Positions 27,794-37,727 of a stretch of DNA of 64,000 nucleotides are shown here, piece by piece. Positions within the stretch are counted from its first letter, which is position 1. Each line of letters begins with the position of its first letter. The DNA comes from an uncultured Actinomycetes bacterium. Its GTDB lineage: Bacteria; Actinomycetota; Thermoleophilia; Gaiellales; JAICJC01. The notes under the pieces were generated by a model. That model ran no database searches, was not told where the DNA came from, and saw nothing but the letters and a program-made list of their open reading frames with translations. The position numbers were made by a program, and so were the translations under genes. The stretch lies in contig CAVPLP010000001.1 of the NCBI GenBank assembly GCA_963706075.1, positions 912,392 through 976,391 of the forward strand. Direction: 5' to 3'.

Positions 27794-28864
27794 CTAGTGG
27801 CGGAACTGCTGGTCTTCGCGGTGCCGTTCGATCGCCAGGTCCACAAGCCGGTCGAGCAGGTCCGGGTAGGTGATGCCCGACGCTTCGAAGAGCCGCGCGT
27901 ACACGCTCGTCTCCGTGAACCCGGGGATGGTGTTGATCTCGTTCACGACGACGCCGCCTTCGTCGGTGATGAAGAAGTCGATCCTGGCCATCCCGGCGCA
28001 CTCGCACACCTCGAAGGCGAGGAGCGCCACGCGCTGCACCTCGGCGGTGACCTCTTCGGGTAGGTCGGCCGGGGCCTCGAGATCCATGCCGCCCGGCTCG
28101 TACTTGGCGGCGTAGTCGTACCAGTCGGCGTTCACGTGCAGCCGGCCGACGACGCTCACCATCGGGTTGTGGTTTCCGAGGACGCCGCACTCGGCCTCGA
28201 TCCCGCGCACCATCTCCTCGACCAGCACCTTCGAGTCATGCTGGAAGGCGAGGTCGAGCGCCGGGCGCAGGCCGTCGATGCCGGTCACCTTCGAGATGCC
28301 GACGCTCGAGCCCAGCCGGGCCGGCTTCACGAAGCACGGGACGCCGATCTCGGCCTTGGCGAGCTCCGCCTCGACGTCGACGTCGTGGACGGTCTGTGCC
28401 CGGAAGGTGACGCTCTTGGCGCACTGGATGCCCGCCGCTGCCAGCACCGTCTTCACCTTGTCCTTGTCCATGGTGAGCGCCGAGGCCAGGACGCCCGAGC
28501 CGACATACGGGACGTCGAGCAGCTCGAGCATGCCCTGCACCGTCCCGTCCTCGCCGAACGGCCCGTGGAGCATCGGGATGACGACGTCGATCGGCCCGAC
28601 CGCCCGCACCTTGCTGAGCGTGCCGCCGGCGCGGGGGATGACGGAGTTCGACGACGAGCCGGGGTCGAGCGCGAGCCGCTCACCCTCGGCCGCCGGCTCC
28701 TCGAGCTGCCACGCGCCCTCGCGGCTGATCGTGACGCCGACGACGTCGTACTTCACCGGGTCGAGGGCCGCCGACACCGATTCCCCGGAGCCGATCGAGA
28801 TCTCGTGCTCGGAGCTGCGACCGCCCGAGAGGACGATCACCCGGAGTGGGGCGACCTCGGTCAT
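27794..28864 (-). CDS. ddl: D-alanine--D-alanine ligase
   Basis: 356 aa. VLSGGRSSEHEISIGSG, HGPFGEDGTVQG, EINTIPGFT. The ATG overlaps the pknB-like stop (ATGA). Confidence 0.95.
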   Translation of the reverse strand: MTEVAPLRVIVLSGGRSSEHEISIGSGESVSAALDPVKYDVVGVTISREGAWQLEEPAAEGERLALDPGSSSNSVIPRAGGTLSKVRAVGPIDVVIPMLHGPFGEDGTVQGMLELLDVPYVGSGVLASALTMDKDKVKTVLAAAGIQCAKSVTFRAQTVHDVDVEAELAKAEIGVPCFVKPARLGSSVGISKVTGIDGLRPALDLAFQHDSKVLVEEMVRGIEAECGVLGNHNPMVSVVGRLHVNADWYDYAAKYEPGGMDLEAPADLPEEVTAEVQRVALLAFEVCECAGMARIDFFITDEGGVVVNEINTIPGFTETSVYARLFEASGITYPDLLDRLVDLAIERHREDQQFRH

Positions 28865-30764
28865 GTCGGCGGCGGGCTCACGCAGCTCGGGTCGGCGGGC
28901 CGGAACTTGAGGACGACGATGTTGACGAAGGTGCCCTGGTCGACCTGGGTGCCCGGCGTCGGGTTCTGCGACTGGATGGTGTTGTTGAGCCCGGGGTCGG
29001 TGCACTCCACGCCCTGCGTGATCGCCGCCTTGAGGCCCACGTCGTGCAGCGCCTTCACGGCGTCCTGCTTGGTCTCGCCCGTGACCGGTGGCACCGTCAC
29101 CTGCTGGGGCCCGGACGAGATGAGGACCGTCACCGACGAGTTCTGCGGCGCGGTTGCACCCACCGGCCGGCGTGGAGTTGAACGCCTTGCCCACGGGCTG
29201 GTCGCTCGGCTGATCCTGGCACGTTGCGACCAGCGTCCTCTGCTTCATCTTGGCCGTCGCCTGATCGCAGCTCAGGCCCGTGACGTCGGGAACCACCACG
29301 TTGCCCGTGGCCACGCGCAGCTGGATCGTTGTTCCCTGGGGCTCCTGCGATCCGGCCTTGGGAGTCGTCCCGACCACGCGACCCGCGCCGACCTTCGCCG
29401 AGTCGACGTTGATCGGCGCCGGGTCGACCTGGAACCCCTTGCTCGTGAGGATGCCGGTTGCCTCGCGAGACGAACTTGCCATGGACGTCCGGGACGGTGA
29501 TCGCATTCGGGCCCGCGCCGATGAAGATCGTCACGGTCGAGTTCTTGTCGGCGCTCGATCCGACGCTCGGGTCGCTGCCCACGACGAGGCCCTTCTTCGC
29601 GAGCGACGACTCCTTGTCCTGGCACGTTCCCTTCAGCTGAGCCGCGGCGAGCTGCGCCTTGGCCGTTTGGCAGCTGCCGCTCAGCGTCGGCACGTCCACA
29701 CCCGAGCCCGAGAGCTGCTTGTAGACGACGTAGCCGACAGCCGCGCTCACCATCAGAAGCACGAGCACGAGCAGCCAGGGCAGGGCGCTGCGCCGCGGGC
29801 TCTCGCGCTCGGGCGGCGGCTTCGTGCCCCCTGGCGGGATGACGCTCGTCTGCGCGCCCGTGTATGCGGCGGCCGCCGCCGCGCCGCCGGTCAGCACCCG
29901 GGTCGCCATCTGCGTGTCGCTCGAGACGGCCCCTCCGTGGCTCACCCTGCGAAGCTCCTCCGCCATCTGGCGGGCCGAGTGGTGGCGGAGCGCCGGATCC
30001 TTGGAGAGCGCCCGCATCACGACCTGCTCGAGGCCCTCCGAGACGAGCCGATTCTGCTTTCGGATCGACGGCGGCGGGTCGGAGACCTGCTTCATCGCGA
30101 TCTCGACCGCCGAGTCGCCCGTGAACGGCAGCTCGCCGGTCAGCATCTCGTAGACCACGATCCCCATCGAGTAGAGATCGGACTGCGGCCCGACATCGAG
30201 GCCGCGGGCCTGCTCCGGCGAGAGGTACTGGGCGGTGCCGACGATCGAGCCCACCTCGGTCATCTGCTGGACGTTGGCCGCCCGGGCGATGCCGAAGTCC
30301 GCCACCTTGAGGCGGCCCTCGTCGGTCAGCACCATGTTGTGCGGCTTGATGTCGCGATGGACGACTCCCTGGCGATGTGCGTACTCCAGCGCGTCGAGGG
30401 CCTGCGTGGCCCAGTTCACGACCTCGGCCTCGGGCAGCGGCGCCCGGCTCGTGATCTCGTCCTTCAGCGTCGGGCCGTTCAGGTACTCCATCGCGATGTA
30501 GGAGGTGCCCGACGCCTGGCCGCGGTCGTAGACCGACACGATGTTGGGGTGCGAGAGGCCGGCGGCGGCCGTCGCCTCGCGCCTGAACCGCTCGACGAAC
30601 GCCTCGTCCTGGGCGTAGCGCTCGGCCAGGATCTTGATCGCGACCTGCCGCCCGAGCGACTCGTCGCGCGCGAGGAACACGTCGGCCATGCCGCCGGTGC
30701 CGATCCGCTTCTCGATGCGGTATCGGCCGTCGAAGAGCTCACCGATGAGGGAGTCGAGCGCCAT
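28861..30764 (-). pseudogene. pknB: PASTA-domain Ser/Thr protein kinase (PknB-like), two apparent +1-nt frame disruptions in the PASTA region
   Basis: Kinase domain: GTGGMADVF, HRDIKPHN, DFGIA. After a TM segment, the PASTA repeats run through three frames (ORFs 29130..30920, 27794..29506, 28861..29163). The junctions are tcg [c] gag near 29465 and ggt [g] ggt near 29160. Confidence 0.85.
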
Positions 30765-30772
30765 CAGTCCGC

Positions 30773-32233
30773 CTACTGTGCCACGCCCTGGCCGAGGTAC
30801 GCCTCGATCACGGACGCCGCGATGGGTGCCGCAACCTGTCCGCCGAAGAGCGGAGTGTGCTCGACGACGACCGCCACGGCGATCTTCGGGTCGGTGACCG
30901 GGGCGAAGGCGATGAACCATGCGGTGTTCACTCCGGCGACTCCTGTCTCGGCCGTTCCGGTCTTGCCGGCGACGGTCAGGCCGTTGAGCTGGGCGGCGGT
31001 TCCGGTGCCCTCGTCCACCACCTTCTGCATCATCCCGGTCAGGTCCTGCGCCGCCTGGGGCGAGATCACGCGCTCGAGCGACTCGGGACGCTGCGTGTAG
31101 ACGCGACGCCCGCTCGGGCTGACGACCCGGTCGACCAGCGTCGGCCGCATCCGCTCGCCGCCGTTGCCGATCGTCGCGGCCACCTCTGCCATCTGGAGCG
31201 GCGTCACCGCCAGGCGCTCCTGGCCGATCGCGACCCTCGCGACGTCGACCGGCGCCCCGGGCTTCAGCTGGTGGCCGTTGTGGTAGAGGCCCGACGGGTT
31301 CATCTCGTCGGACGGGTAGGTGAGCGGCGGGTCCGAGAAGAACCCGAACCGGGTCATGTACCTCTCGAGCGTGGCCTGGCCGAGCTGCTGGCCGATCTGC
31401 GCGAAGGCGGTGTTGACCGAGAACGTGAGCGCGTCGGTGAGCGTGATGGGGCCGAAGCTCTCGGTGCCGGCGTTGCAGAGCGGCAGGCCCTGCACCGTGA
31501 TGCAGTGGCCCTTGGCGTCGATCAGCGGCGATGTCGGCCCGTACAGGCCGGTATCGAGCGCCGCTGCGGCCGTGACCGTCTTGAACGTCGATCCCGGCGC
31601 ATAGAGGCCCTGCGTGGCGCGGTTCAGGAGCGGCGCGCCCGGCGTCCTGGCCAGCTTCGGGAAGTTGCGCCCGACCTGCTCGGGCGAGAAGCTGGGCGAG
31701 GAGTACATCGCGAGCACGCGCCCGGTGGCGGGCTCGATCGCGACGACGGCCCCGACCTTGCCCGCCATGCCGGCCTCGGCGGCGCGCTGCGCGGGCACCG
31801 AGAGGCTCGTGACGACGTTGTCGCCCGTCACCGTCTCGCCCTGGATCTCGGACCCGATCCGCGAGACCACGGTCGCGAGGTCGCTGTTGGAGGCCGTCAG
31901 GTAGTCGTTCTCGGCCAGCTCGATGCCCGTCCGGCCGTTGCCGACGGTGTTGTAGCCGACGGCATGGGCGAAGAGCGGCCCGTACGGGTAGTGGCGCAGG
32001 AACAGCGTGAGCCCGTTGCGGCGCTTCTCGTGGTTGGAGGCCAGGATGGTGCGGCCGTTCGAGGCATAGATCAGCCCGCGCTTGATCTGAAGCTGGCGGT
32101 ACACGAGCCGGGCGTTGTCGCGCCGGGTCGCGAGCGAGTCGGCCGCCCAGATCTGCCAGTAGGCCGTCAGCGTGATCAGCACCGCGAATGCGATGGCGAA
32201 GAGCCGAAAGAGCGAGGCGATCTGGCGGTTCAT
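30773..32233 (-). CDS. pbpA: Penicillin-binding protein (PbpA-type class B transpeptidase)
   Basis: N-terminal TM. The STFK (GSTFKTV) motif was read directly; the overall class B transpeptidase module is similar. Confidence 0.9.
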   Translation of the reverse strand: MNRQIASLFRLFAIAFAVLITLTAYWQIWAADSLATRRDNARLVYRQLQIKRGLIYASNGRTILASNHEKRRNGLTLFLRHYPYGPLFAHAVGYNTVGNGRTGIELAENDYLTASNSDLATVVSRIGSEIQGETVTGDNVVTSLSVPAQRAAEAGMAGKVGAVVAIEPATGRVLAMYSSPSFSPEQVGRNFPKLARTPGAPLLNRATQGLYAPGSTFKTVTAAAALDTGLYGPTSPLIDAKGHCITVQGLPLCNAGTESFGPITLTDALTFSVNTAFAQIGQQLGQATLERYMTRFGFFSDPPLTYPSDEMNPSGLYHNGHQLKPGAPVDVARVAIGQERLAVTPLQMAEVAATIGNGGERMRPTLVDRVVSPSGRRVYTQRPESLERVISPQAAQDLTGMMQKVVDEGTGTAAQLNGLTVAGKTGTAETGVAGVNTAWFIAFAPVTDPKIAVAVVVEHTPLFGGQVAAPIAASVIEAYLGQGVAQ

Positions 32234-33513
32234 GCCCGCTCCGCGGCCCGGTTCGACACCATGAGGAGGAGCGCCAGCATCACGAAGTTCGAGACGATCG
32301 ACGAGCCGCCGTAGCTCACGAACGGCAGCGTGATCCCGGTCAGCGGGATGAGGCGGATGATCCCGCCGACGATCAGGAACGCCTGGAGCCCGAAGGCGAA
32401 CGTGAGGCCGCAGGCCAGGAGCTTCGAGTAGCCGTCATCGGCGACCGCGGCGATCTTGAAGCCGCGGTAGCAGAAGAGCAGGTAGATGAGCAGGAGCCCG
32501 GCGGCGCCCGCGAGGCCCGTCTCGTCGGCCCAGGCGGCGTAGATGCCGTCCGTCTGGACCGCGGGGATGATCGTCTGGCCGTGGTTCAGCACCTGGAGGC
32601 TTCTCCCCAGGCCGGTCCCGAAGATGCCCCCGTCGGCGATCGCCTCGATCGACTGGATGATCTGGTAGCCGGTCGTGTGCGGGTGCGACCACGGGTCGAT
32701 CCACACCTGAAACCGCTCGTGGACGTGGGCGACGTTGTGGTAGACGGCCCACGACCCTGCCGCGAAGATGCCCAGCCCGAGGACGGTGTAGAGATGCCGC
32801 CCCGTCGCGACGTAGATCATCGAGAGGTAGATCCCGAACAGGAGGAGCGCCGTCCCCAGGTCGTTCATGACGCCGAGGACGCCGAGCGAGATTCCCGCCA
32901 TGAGCGCGAGCGGCCCCAGGTGCCGCGCCGCGGGGAGGCCGACTCCCAGCACCGTGCGGTGCGCCATCGTCAGCACCTCTCGCCGGTCGCGCAGGTAGCT
33001 GGCGAGGGCGACGACGAGCAGCAGCTTTGCGAACTCGCCGGGCTGCACCTGGACGCCGCCGAACCGAAGCCACAGTTTCGCGCCGTTGATGGTCGTCCCG
33101 ATCGCCATCGTGACGACCAGGAGGCCGACGGCGGTGGTGGCGAGCAGGTACGTGTACGGCTCGAGCCGGCGATGGTCGCGGACGAGGAACACCATCCCCA
33201 GGAAGCCCAGGAGGCCGATCACGACCCAGACGGACTGGTCGCGCGCGAGCGTGGGGCTGAGCCGGTAGATCTCGGTCAGGCCGAGGGCGCAGAGGAGCGC
33301 CGCCAGCGGCAGGAGCCACGGGTCGGCGTTCGGCAGTCCGGCGCGCACGCCGATGTGCGCCAGGCCGAAGACGCCCAGGAACACCGCGGCGTAGGTCAGC
33401 GAGGCGCTCGAGATCTCGTTCTGCCGGGCCGTGTACACCGAGAGGAACCCGATTGCCGTGAGACCTCCGACCCAGCCCAGGTTCCAGAGCTCGCGCATCC
33501 GGGCCGACCTCAC
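32230..33513 (-). CDS. rodA: SEDS-family peptidoglycan polymerase RodA/FtsW
   Basis: 427 aa polytopic. …QPGEFAKL…, PLTGITLPFVSYGGSS. Confidence 0.9.
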   Translation of the reverse strand: MRSARMRELWNLGWVGGLTAIGFLSVYTARQNEISSASLTYAAVFLGVFGLAHIGVRAGLPNADPWLLPLAALLCALGLTEIYRLSPTLARDQSVWVVIGLLGFLGMVFLVRDHRRLEPYTYLLATTAVGLLVVTMAIGTTINGAKLWLRFGGVQVQPGEFAKLLLVVALASYLRDRREVLTMAHRTVLGVGLPAARHLGPLALMAGISLGVLGVMNDLGTALLLFGIYLSMIYVATGRHLYTVLGLGIFAAGSWAVYHNVAHVHERFQVWIDPWSHPHTTGYQIIQSIEAIADGGIFGTGLGRSLQVLNHGQTIIPAVQTDGIYAAWADETGLAGAAGLLLIYLLFCYRGFKIAAVADDGYSKLLACGLTFAFGLQAFLIVGGIIRLIPLTGITLPFVSYGGSSIVSNFVMLALLLMVSNRAAERA

Positions 33514-34661
33514 GGGCTTGCCACCTCGTACGGCCGCAGGACGTGGTGCGCGCTCGAGTCGGAGCGGAGCTTGTGGTCGAAGAGCGTCTGGCGCTGGCTG
33601 GGCGGCAGCGACGCGTAGCTCACCCGCGACTCGTAGACGACGTGGTACAGGTTGACGCCGAACGGCAGCTCGACCGGCACGCCCTGGTAGATCGCGACGC
33701 GGCCGGTCGCCGTGTCGGCGCCGATGAAGTGGCTCGAGCGCAGGCCAATCGCGCCGGCGATCGCCAGGAGGAAGACCAGGACGACCGCCGAGGCCCCGAT
33801 CGCGGCCCGCTTGAGGCCGCTGCGCGAGCGGTTCTGCGGCCGCCGAGACCGCTCGGGCGACGTGTCCTCGTCGATGTCGGCGGGAAGCACGCGCCGGACG
33901 ACACCGCTCGACGTGACGTCCTCGTCGGCGTCCGCGGCCCCGGCTTCACCGAAGCGGACGACGACCGCGGTGACGTTGTCCTCGCCGCCGGCCCGGAGCG
34001 CCGCGCGCACCAGCCGGCGGGCGATGTCGGCCGCCTCGGTCGGAGTGGCGAGGGCGCCCGCGATGTCCTGTTCCGAGATCATCGTGTTCAGCCCGTCGGT
34101 GCACAGGAGCAGCACGTCGCCGGGCTGCGTCTCGAGCGAGAAGGTGTCGATCTGCACCTCCTCGTCGGTGCCGAGCGCGCGGGTGATCACGCTGCGCTGG
34201 GGGTGCTGCTCGGCCTCGGCCTCGGACAGCTCGCCCTGGCGCACGAGCTCGTGCACCAGCGAGTGGTCCTCGGACAGCCGCTGGAGGGCTCCGTCGCGCA
34301 GGAGGTACGCGCGGCTGTCGCCGACGTGCGCGAACGACACGACGCCGTTCGGGCCGACGAGCGCCGCCGTCACCGTCGTGCCCATGCCGGACGCCTCGGC
34401 GTCGGTGCGGGACCGCTCCCAGATGCGGCGGTTCGCGACGCCGATCGTCGCCCGGAGGGCCTCCTCGCCCTGGTGCTCGATCAGGTCGAGCTCTGCGAAC
34501 GCCTCGGCGCACATGCGCGAGGCGAGCTCGCCGGCGAGCGCCCCGCCCATGCCGTCGGCGACCATGAAGAGCGGCGAGCGAAGGAGAAACGAGTCCTCGT
34601 TGGATCGGCGGACGTTGCCGGTCTGCGTCAGGCCGGCCGAATCGACGACGTGCGCCGTCAT
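33510..34661 (-). CDS. pstP: PP2C-family Ser/Thr phosphatase with C-terminal TM (PstP-like)
   Basis: RRSNEDSF, VADGMGG, LLLCTDGL, GGEDNVTAVVV, then a TM anchor. Confidence 0.9.
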   Translation of the reverse strand: MTAHVVDSAGLTQTGNVRRSNEDSFLLRSPLFMVADGMGGALAGELASRMCAEAFAELDLIEHQGEEALRATIGVANRRIWERSRTDAEASGMGTTVTAALVGPNGVVSFAHVGDSRAYLLRDGALQRLSEDHSLVHELVRQGELSEAEAEQHPQRSVITRALGTDEEVQIDTFSLETQPGDVLLLCTDGLNTMISEQDIAGALATPTEAADIARRLVRAALRAGGEDNVTAVVVRFGEAGAADADEDVTSSGVVRRVLPADIDEDTSPERSRRPQNRSRSGLKRAAIGASAVVLVFLLAIAGAIGLRSSHFIGADTATGRVAIYQGVPVELPFGVNLYHVVYESRVSYASLPPSQRQTLFDHKLRSDSSAHHVLRPYEVASP

Positions 34662-35125
34662 TCGCCGGCCCGGTACTCGAGCTGCGTCTGGCCGATCGTG
34701 ACGACGTCGCCGGTCTGGAGCACCCGCCGGCCCGACACCCGGTCGCCGTTCACGAATGTCCCGTTGGTCGAGCTCAGATCCTCGACCACGTCCCCATCCT
34801 GGCCGTGGGCGAAGCGGGCATGGCGGCCGGAAGCATACCCATCGGCCCCGAGCGGAATATCGAGGGCTTCGTCACGTCCTGCGACCAGGTCGCGGGCCAT
34901 GTCGATCTCGGTGCCCTGGGGGAGCTCCGGGCTCGCGACGACGCGCAGGCGCGGCCGCCGCCGGGGCGGCGTCTCGAGGGCCGCCGGCCGTTTGGCGGGC
35001 GTCAGCACCATGCTCTCCTGTCCGACGGCGATGTCGCGCGACGCGACGCGGATCACGCGCCAGACGAACAGGTAAAGAAGGACGACGAACGCGACCTTGA
35101 GCGCGAGCAGGAGCTGCTCAACCAA
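34658..35125 (-). CDS. fhaB: FHA-domain protein FhaB/FipA-like (N-terminal TM)
   Basis: TM plus an FHA core (SGRHARF…DLSSTNGTFVNG). Confidence 0.85.
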   Translation of the reverse strand: MVEQLLLALKVAFVVLLYLFVWRVIRVASRDIAVGQESMVLTPAKRPAALETPPRRRPRLRVVASPELPQGTEIDMARDLVAGRDEALDIPLGADGYASGRHARFAHGQDGDVVEDLSSTNGTFVNGDRVSGRRVLQTGDVVTIGQTQLEYRAGE

Positions 35126-35948
35126 CGCGGCGCTCGAACGTGATCCGGGTCGTTCCGACCCCGATCACGTCGCCGTTCATCAGCGAGGTCTCGGTCACCC
35201 GCTGGCCGTTCACCTCGGTTCCGTTCGTCGATCCCAGGTCGACCAGCGAGAACCCCCGCCCGACGCGGCGGACCTCGGCGTGGCGGCGCGACACGTTGGG
35301 GTCGCCGACCACGATGTCGCAGTCGCTGGAGCGGCCGATCACGACCGTCGGCCCGTCGAGGTTGCGCTCGCGGCCGTCCCACATGAGCACCGCCACCTCG
35401 GCGGGCGCCTTCGCCGGCTCGGGCACGGGCTCGGGCGTCGGGTCGGCGGCGTAGACCATCGTTGCGCCCGGCGGTGCCGCCGGGACGTCGGGAGCCAGCG
35501 GCGGGATCGGAGTCGCGATCGGCACCACGGGGGGTGCCGGCGCCGCTTCGCTTGCCGGCGTGCCTTCGAGCTGCTCCTCCTCGTCGCTCGCCTCGACCGC
35601 GATCCCGAACATCCCGACGTGCAGATCGTCCTCGGTCTCGAGGGTGACGACCGGGCGGGTCGCGGTCGTGTAGCCCTCGCGGCGGGCGTGCTCGACGAGG
35701 TACTCCTCGAGCTCCGTGCACATCTGGGCCTCGTAGGCGGTGAACTGCTCGCGGTCGGCCGGGTTGAGGTAGATGGTGTAATTGCTCGGCACGTACACCC
35801 GGTGGATCGAGATGGTGCGGTGGTCGTCCATCTCCTTGGCGAGCTTGCGCGCGAGCTCGACCGGCTGAACGGAGGATCGGAACGTCCGGCCGAAGACGCC
35901 TTCGACCACGCCGCCGATCTTCCGCTCGATGTTCCGGAATACGCTCAC
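35118..35948 (-). CDS. fhaA: FhaA-like protein (DUF3662 N-domain + C-terminal FHA)
   Basis: GTG 35948. VFRNIERKIGGVVEGVFGR…QPVELARKL (DUF3662), a Pro-rich linker, and FHA VSRRHAEV…DLGSTNGTEVNG. Confidence 0.85.
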   Translation of the reverse strand: MSVFRNIERKIGGVVEGVFGRTFRSSVQPVELARKLAKEMDDHRTISIHRVYVPSNYTIYLNPADREQFTAYEAQMCTELEEYLVEHARREGYTTATRPVVTLETEDDLHVGMFGIAVEASDEEEQLEGTPASEAAPAPPVVPIATPIPPLAPDVPAAPPGATMVYAADPTPEPVPEPAKAPAEVAVLMWDGRERNLDGPTVVIGRSSDCDIVVGDPNVSRRHAEVRRVGRGFSLVDLGSTNGTEVNGQRVTETSLMNGDVIGVGTTRITFERRVG

Positions 35949-35980
35949 GGTTCGTAGCGCCGGGGCAGCGTCTCGGGTGG

Positions 35981-37660
35981 TCAACGTGCCGTCAGCGGCC
36001 GCTGGAGCCGCGGGCCGGCCAGCGCCCAGGCGACCGGCAGTATACCCACGAGCGTCGCGGCAACCGCCGCTCCGGGAGCCGCTCCGGGACGGTCTCCGAG
36101 CAGGTGCGGCGCGGCTGCGACGGCCAGGCCGAATCCGATGCCCCAAAGGACGAGGGCCTGGACGCGGCGCGACTCGTCGAGCCGCCAGGCGACCGGGAGC
36201 AGCACGGCGGCGATCACCATCGCCGCGGTGATCGCGATCATCTCAGGCGCGCGGCCGAGCGCGGTCGCGTAGGCCATCGGGCTCGACGCCGCCGGGAGCA
36301 CCCGCGCGGCGGGGCCGGGCAGCCAGCCGCCTGCCACCGCCGCCACGACCGCTCCGGCGGCCGCCTCGGCGGCCCGCCTGCGCGGCGTCGGCGCGGTCGC
36401 TGCGATCAGCACGTACGCCGGCCCGAGGCCCATCAGCGCGAGCGGGATGGCCGCGAGCGGCGCCAGGAGCCGTGACGTGCCGCCCCACCGCGTGCCCGCC
36501 CAGATCCAGGTCGCACACAGCCCCGCCCACACGAGGCCCGCGGCCTCCGCGTAGTTCCAGAACGCCGGGATGCATATGAGGCCCGCAAACGACATCGCCG
36601 CGACCGGGCTCCGGTACGCCAGGAAGCCCGTGAGGGCCGCCAGCGGGAGCGACCACGACGCGGGATAGACCGGGAAGGCCACCAGAACCCAGGCCACGGC
36701 CAGCGCCGAGAGCAGCGCGGCGCCGGGCCTCACGGCACGGCGGAAGCGGGGGAGTGCCATTTGGCCGTGGTCGCGAGTGCCAATTGGCCGCCGCCCGCCC
36801 AGAGGCGCCTTGACCTCGCTCGGCCCCGCCTCGGCCTCGGCGAGCCCGCGCAGCAGCCGGTCGCGCATCTCGCTCGCATCGGGCCGCCGTGACGGGTCGT
36901 GCTCGAGCGCGCGATCGATGGCCCGGCAGACGCCCTTTGGCAGGTCGGGCCGCACGTCGGCGAGCGGCTCGGCGCCCGCGGCGAGCTTCTCGAGGAGCTG
37001 CGTGAGCGTCTTTGCCTTGTACGGATTGGTTCCGGTGAGCTGCGTGTAGAGCGTGAGCCCTGCCGCCCAGACATCGGTCGCACCGGTGGCCTGCGTGCCC
37101 GCGGCCTGCTCCGGCGACATGTACGAGAGCGTCCCGAGCACGCGCTCGTCGACGGTCTGGTCGCGCGAGTCCTCGTCACTTGCGATGCCGAAGTCGGTGA
37201 GGGTGACGGTGCCGTCGCGGGCGACGAGGATGTTCGCGGGCTTGACGTCGCGATGCACGATCCCGCGGGAGTGTGCATAGGCGAGCGCGTCACACACCGC
37301 GGCGATCGCGCGCACGGCCTGGTCGTCGGCGAGCCCGCTCCTGTCGAGGCGCTCCCCCTCGACGAGCTGCGACACGAGGTACACATGGTCGTCGTCGTTC
37401 TCGACGCCGAGCACGGTGTGGATGTTGGGGTGGTCGAGCTTGCGGGCCGTGCGAGCCTCGCGGTCGGCCCGCGGGGCAAGGCCCTCGCGCCGGCTGAACA
37501 CCTTCACCGCGACCCGCTCGCCGCCGTCGGCGCTCGCGCCGTAGACGGTGCCGAATCCGCCCCGTCCGAGCTCCTCCTCGATCGTGTAGCGGTCCGCCAC
37601 CAGGCGTCCGGTGAGGGGTGGGGTCAGGGTCGCTCGGGCGGGCTCTGCCACGGTGCGCAT
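35981..37660 (-). CDS. Ser/Thr protein kinase with C-terminal polytopic (~8 TM) membrane domain
   Basis: ORF 35981..38029 trimmed to ATG 37660. [28 protein letters not shown], then about 270 aa of hydrophobic helices. Confidence 0.85.
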   Translation of the reverse strand: MRTVAEPARATLTPPLTGRLVADRYTIEEELGRGGFGTVYGASADGGERVAVKVFSRREGLAPRADREARTARKLDHPNIHTVLGVENDDDHVYLVSQLVEGERLDRSGLADDQAVRAIAAVCDALAYAHSRGIVHRDVKPANILVARDGTVTLTDFGIASDEDSRDQTVDERVLGTLSYMSPEQAAGTQATGATDVWAAGLTLYTQLTGTNPYKAKTLTQLLEKLAAGAEPLADVRPDLPKGVCRAIDRALEHDPSRRPDASEMRDRLLRGLAEAEAGPSEVKAPLGGRRPIGTRDHGQMALPRFRRAVRPGAALLSALAVAWVLVAFPVYPASWSLPLAALTGFLAYRSPVAAMSFAGLICIPAFWNYAEAAGLVWAGLCATWIWAGTRWGGTSRLLAPLAAIPLALMGLGPAYVLIAATAPTPRRRAAEAAAGAVVAAVAGGWLPGPAARVLPAASSPMAYATALGRAPEMIAITAAMVIAAVLLPVAWRLDESRRVQALVLWGIGFGLAVAAAPHLLGDRPGAAPGAAVAATLVGILPVAWALAGPRLQRPLTAR

Positions 37661-37727
37661 GAGATTGGCCGGAGACCACGAGACTCCTGCAAATCCAGTA
37701 TCCGGGCAAGCTGATAGGGTCCGGCCC

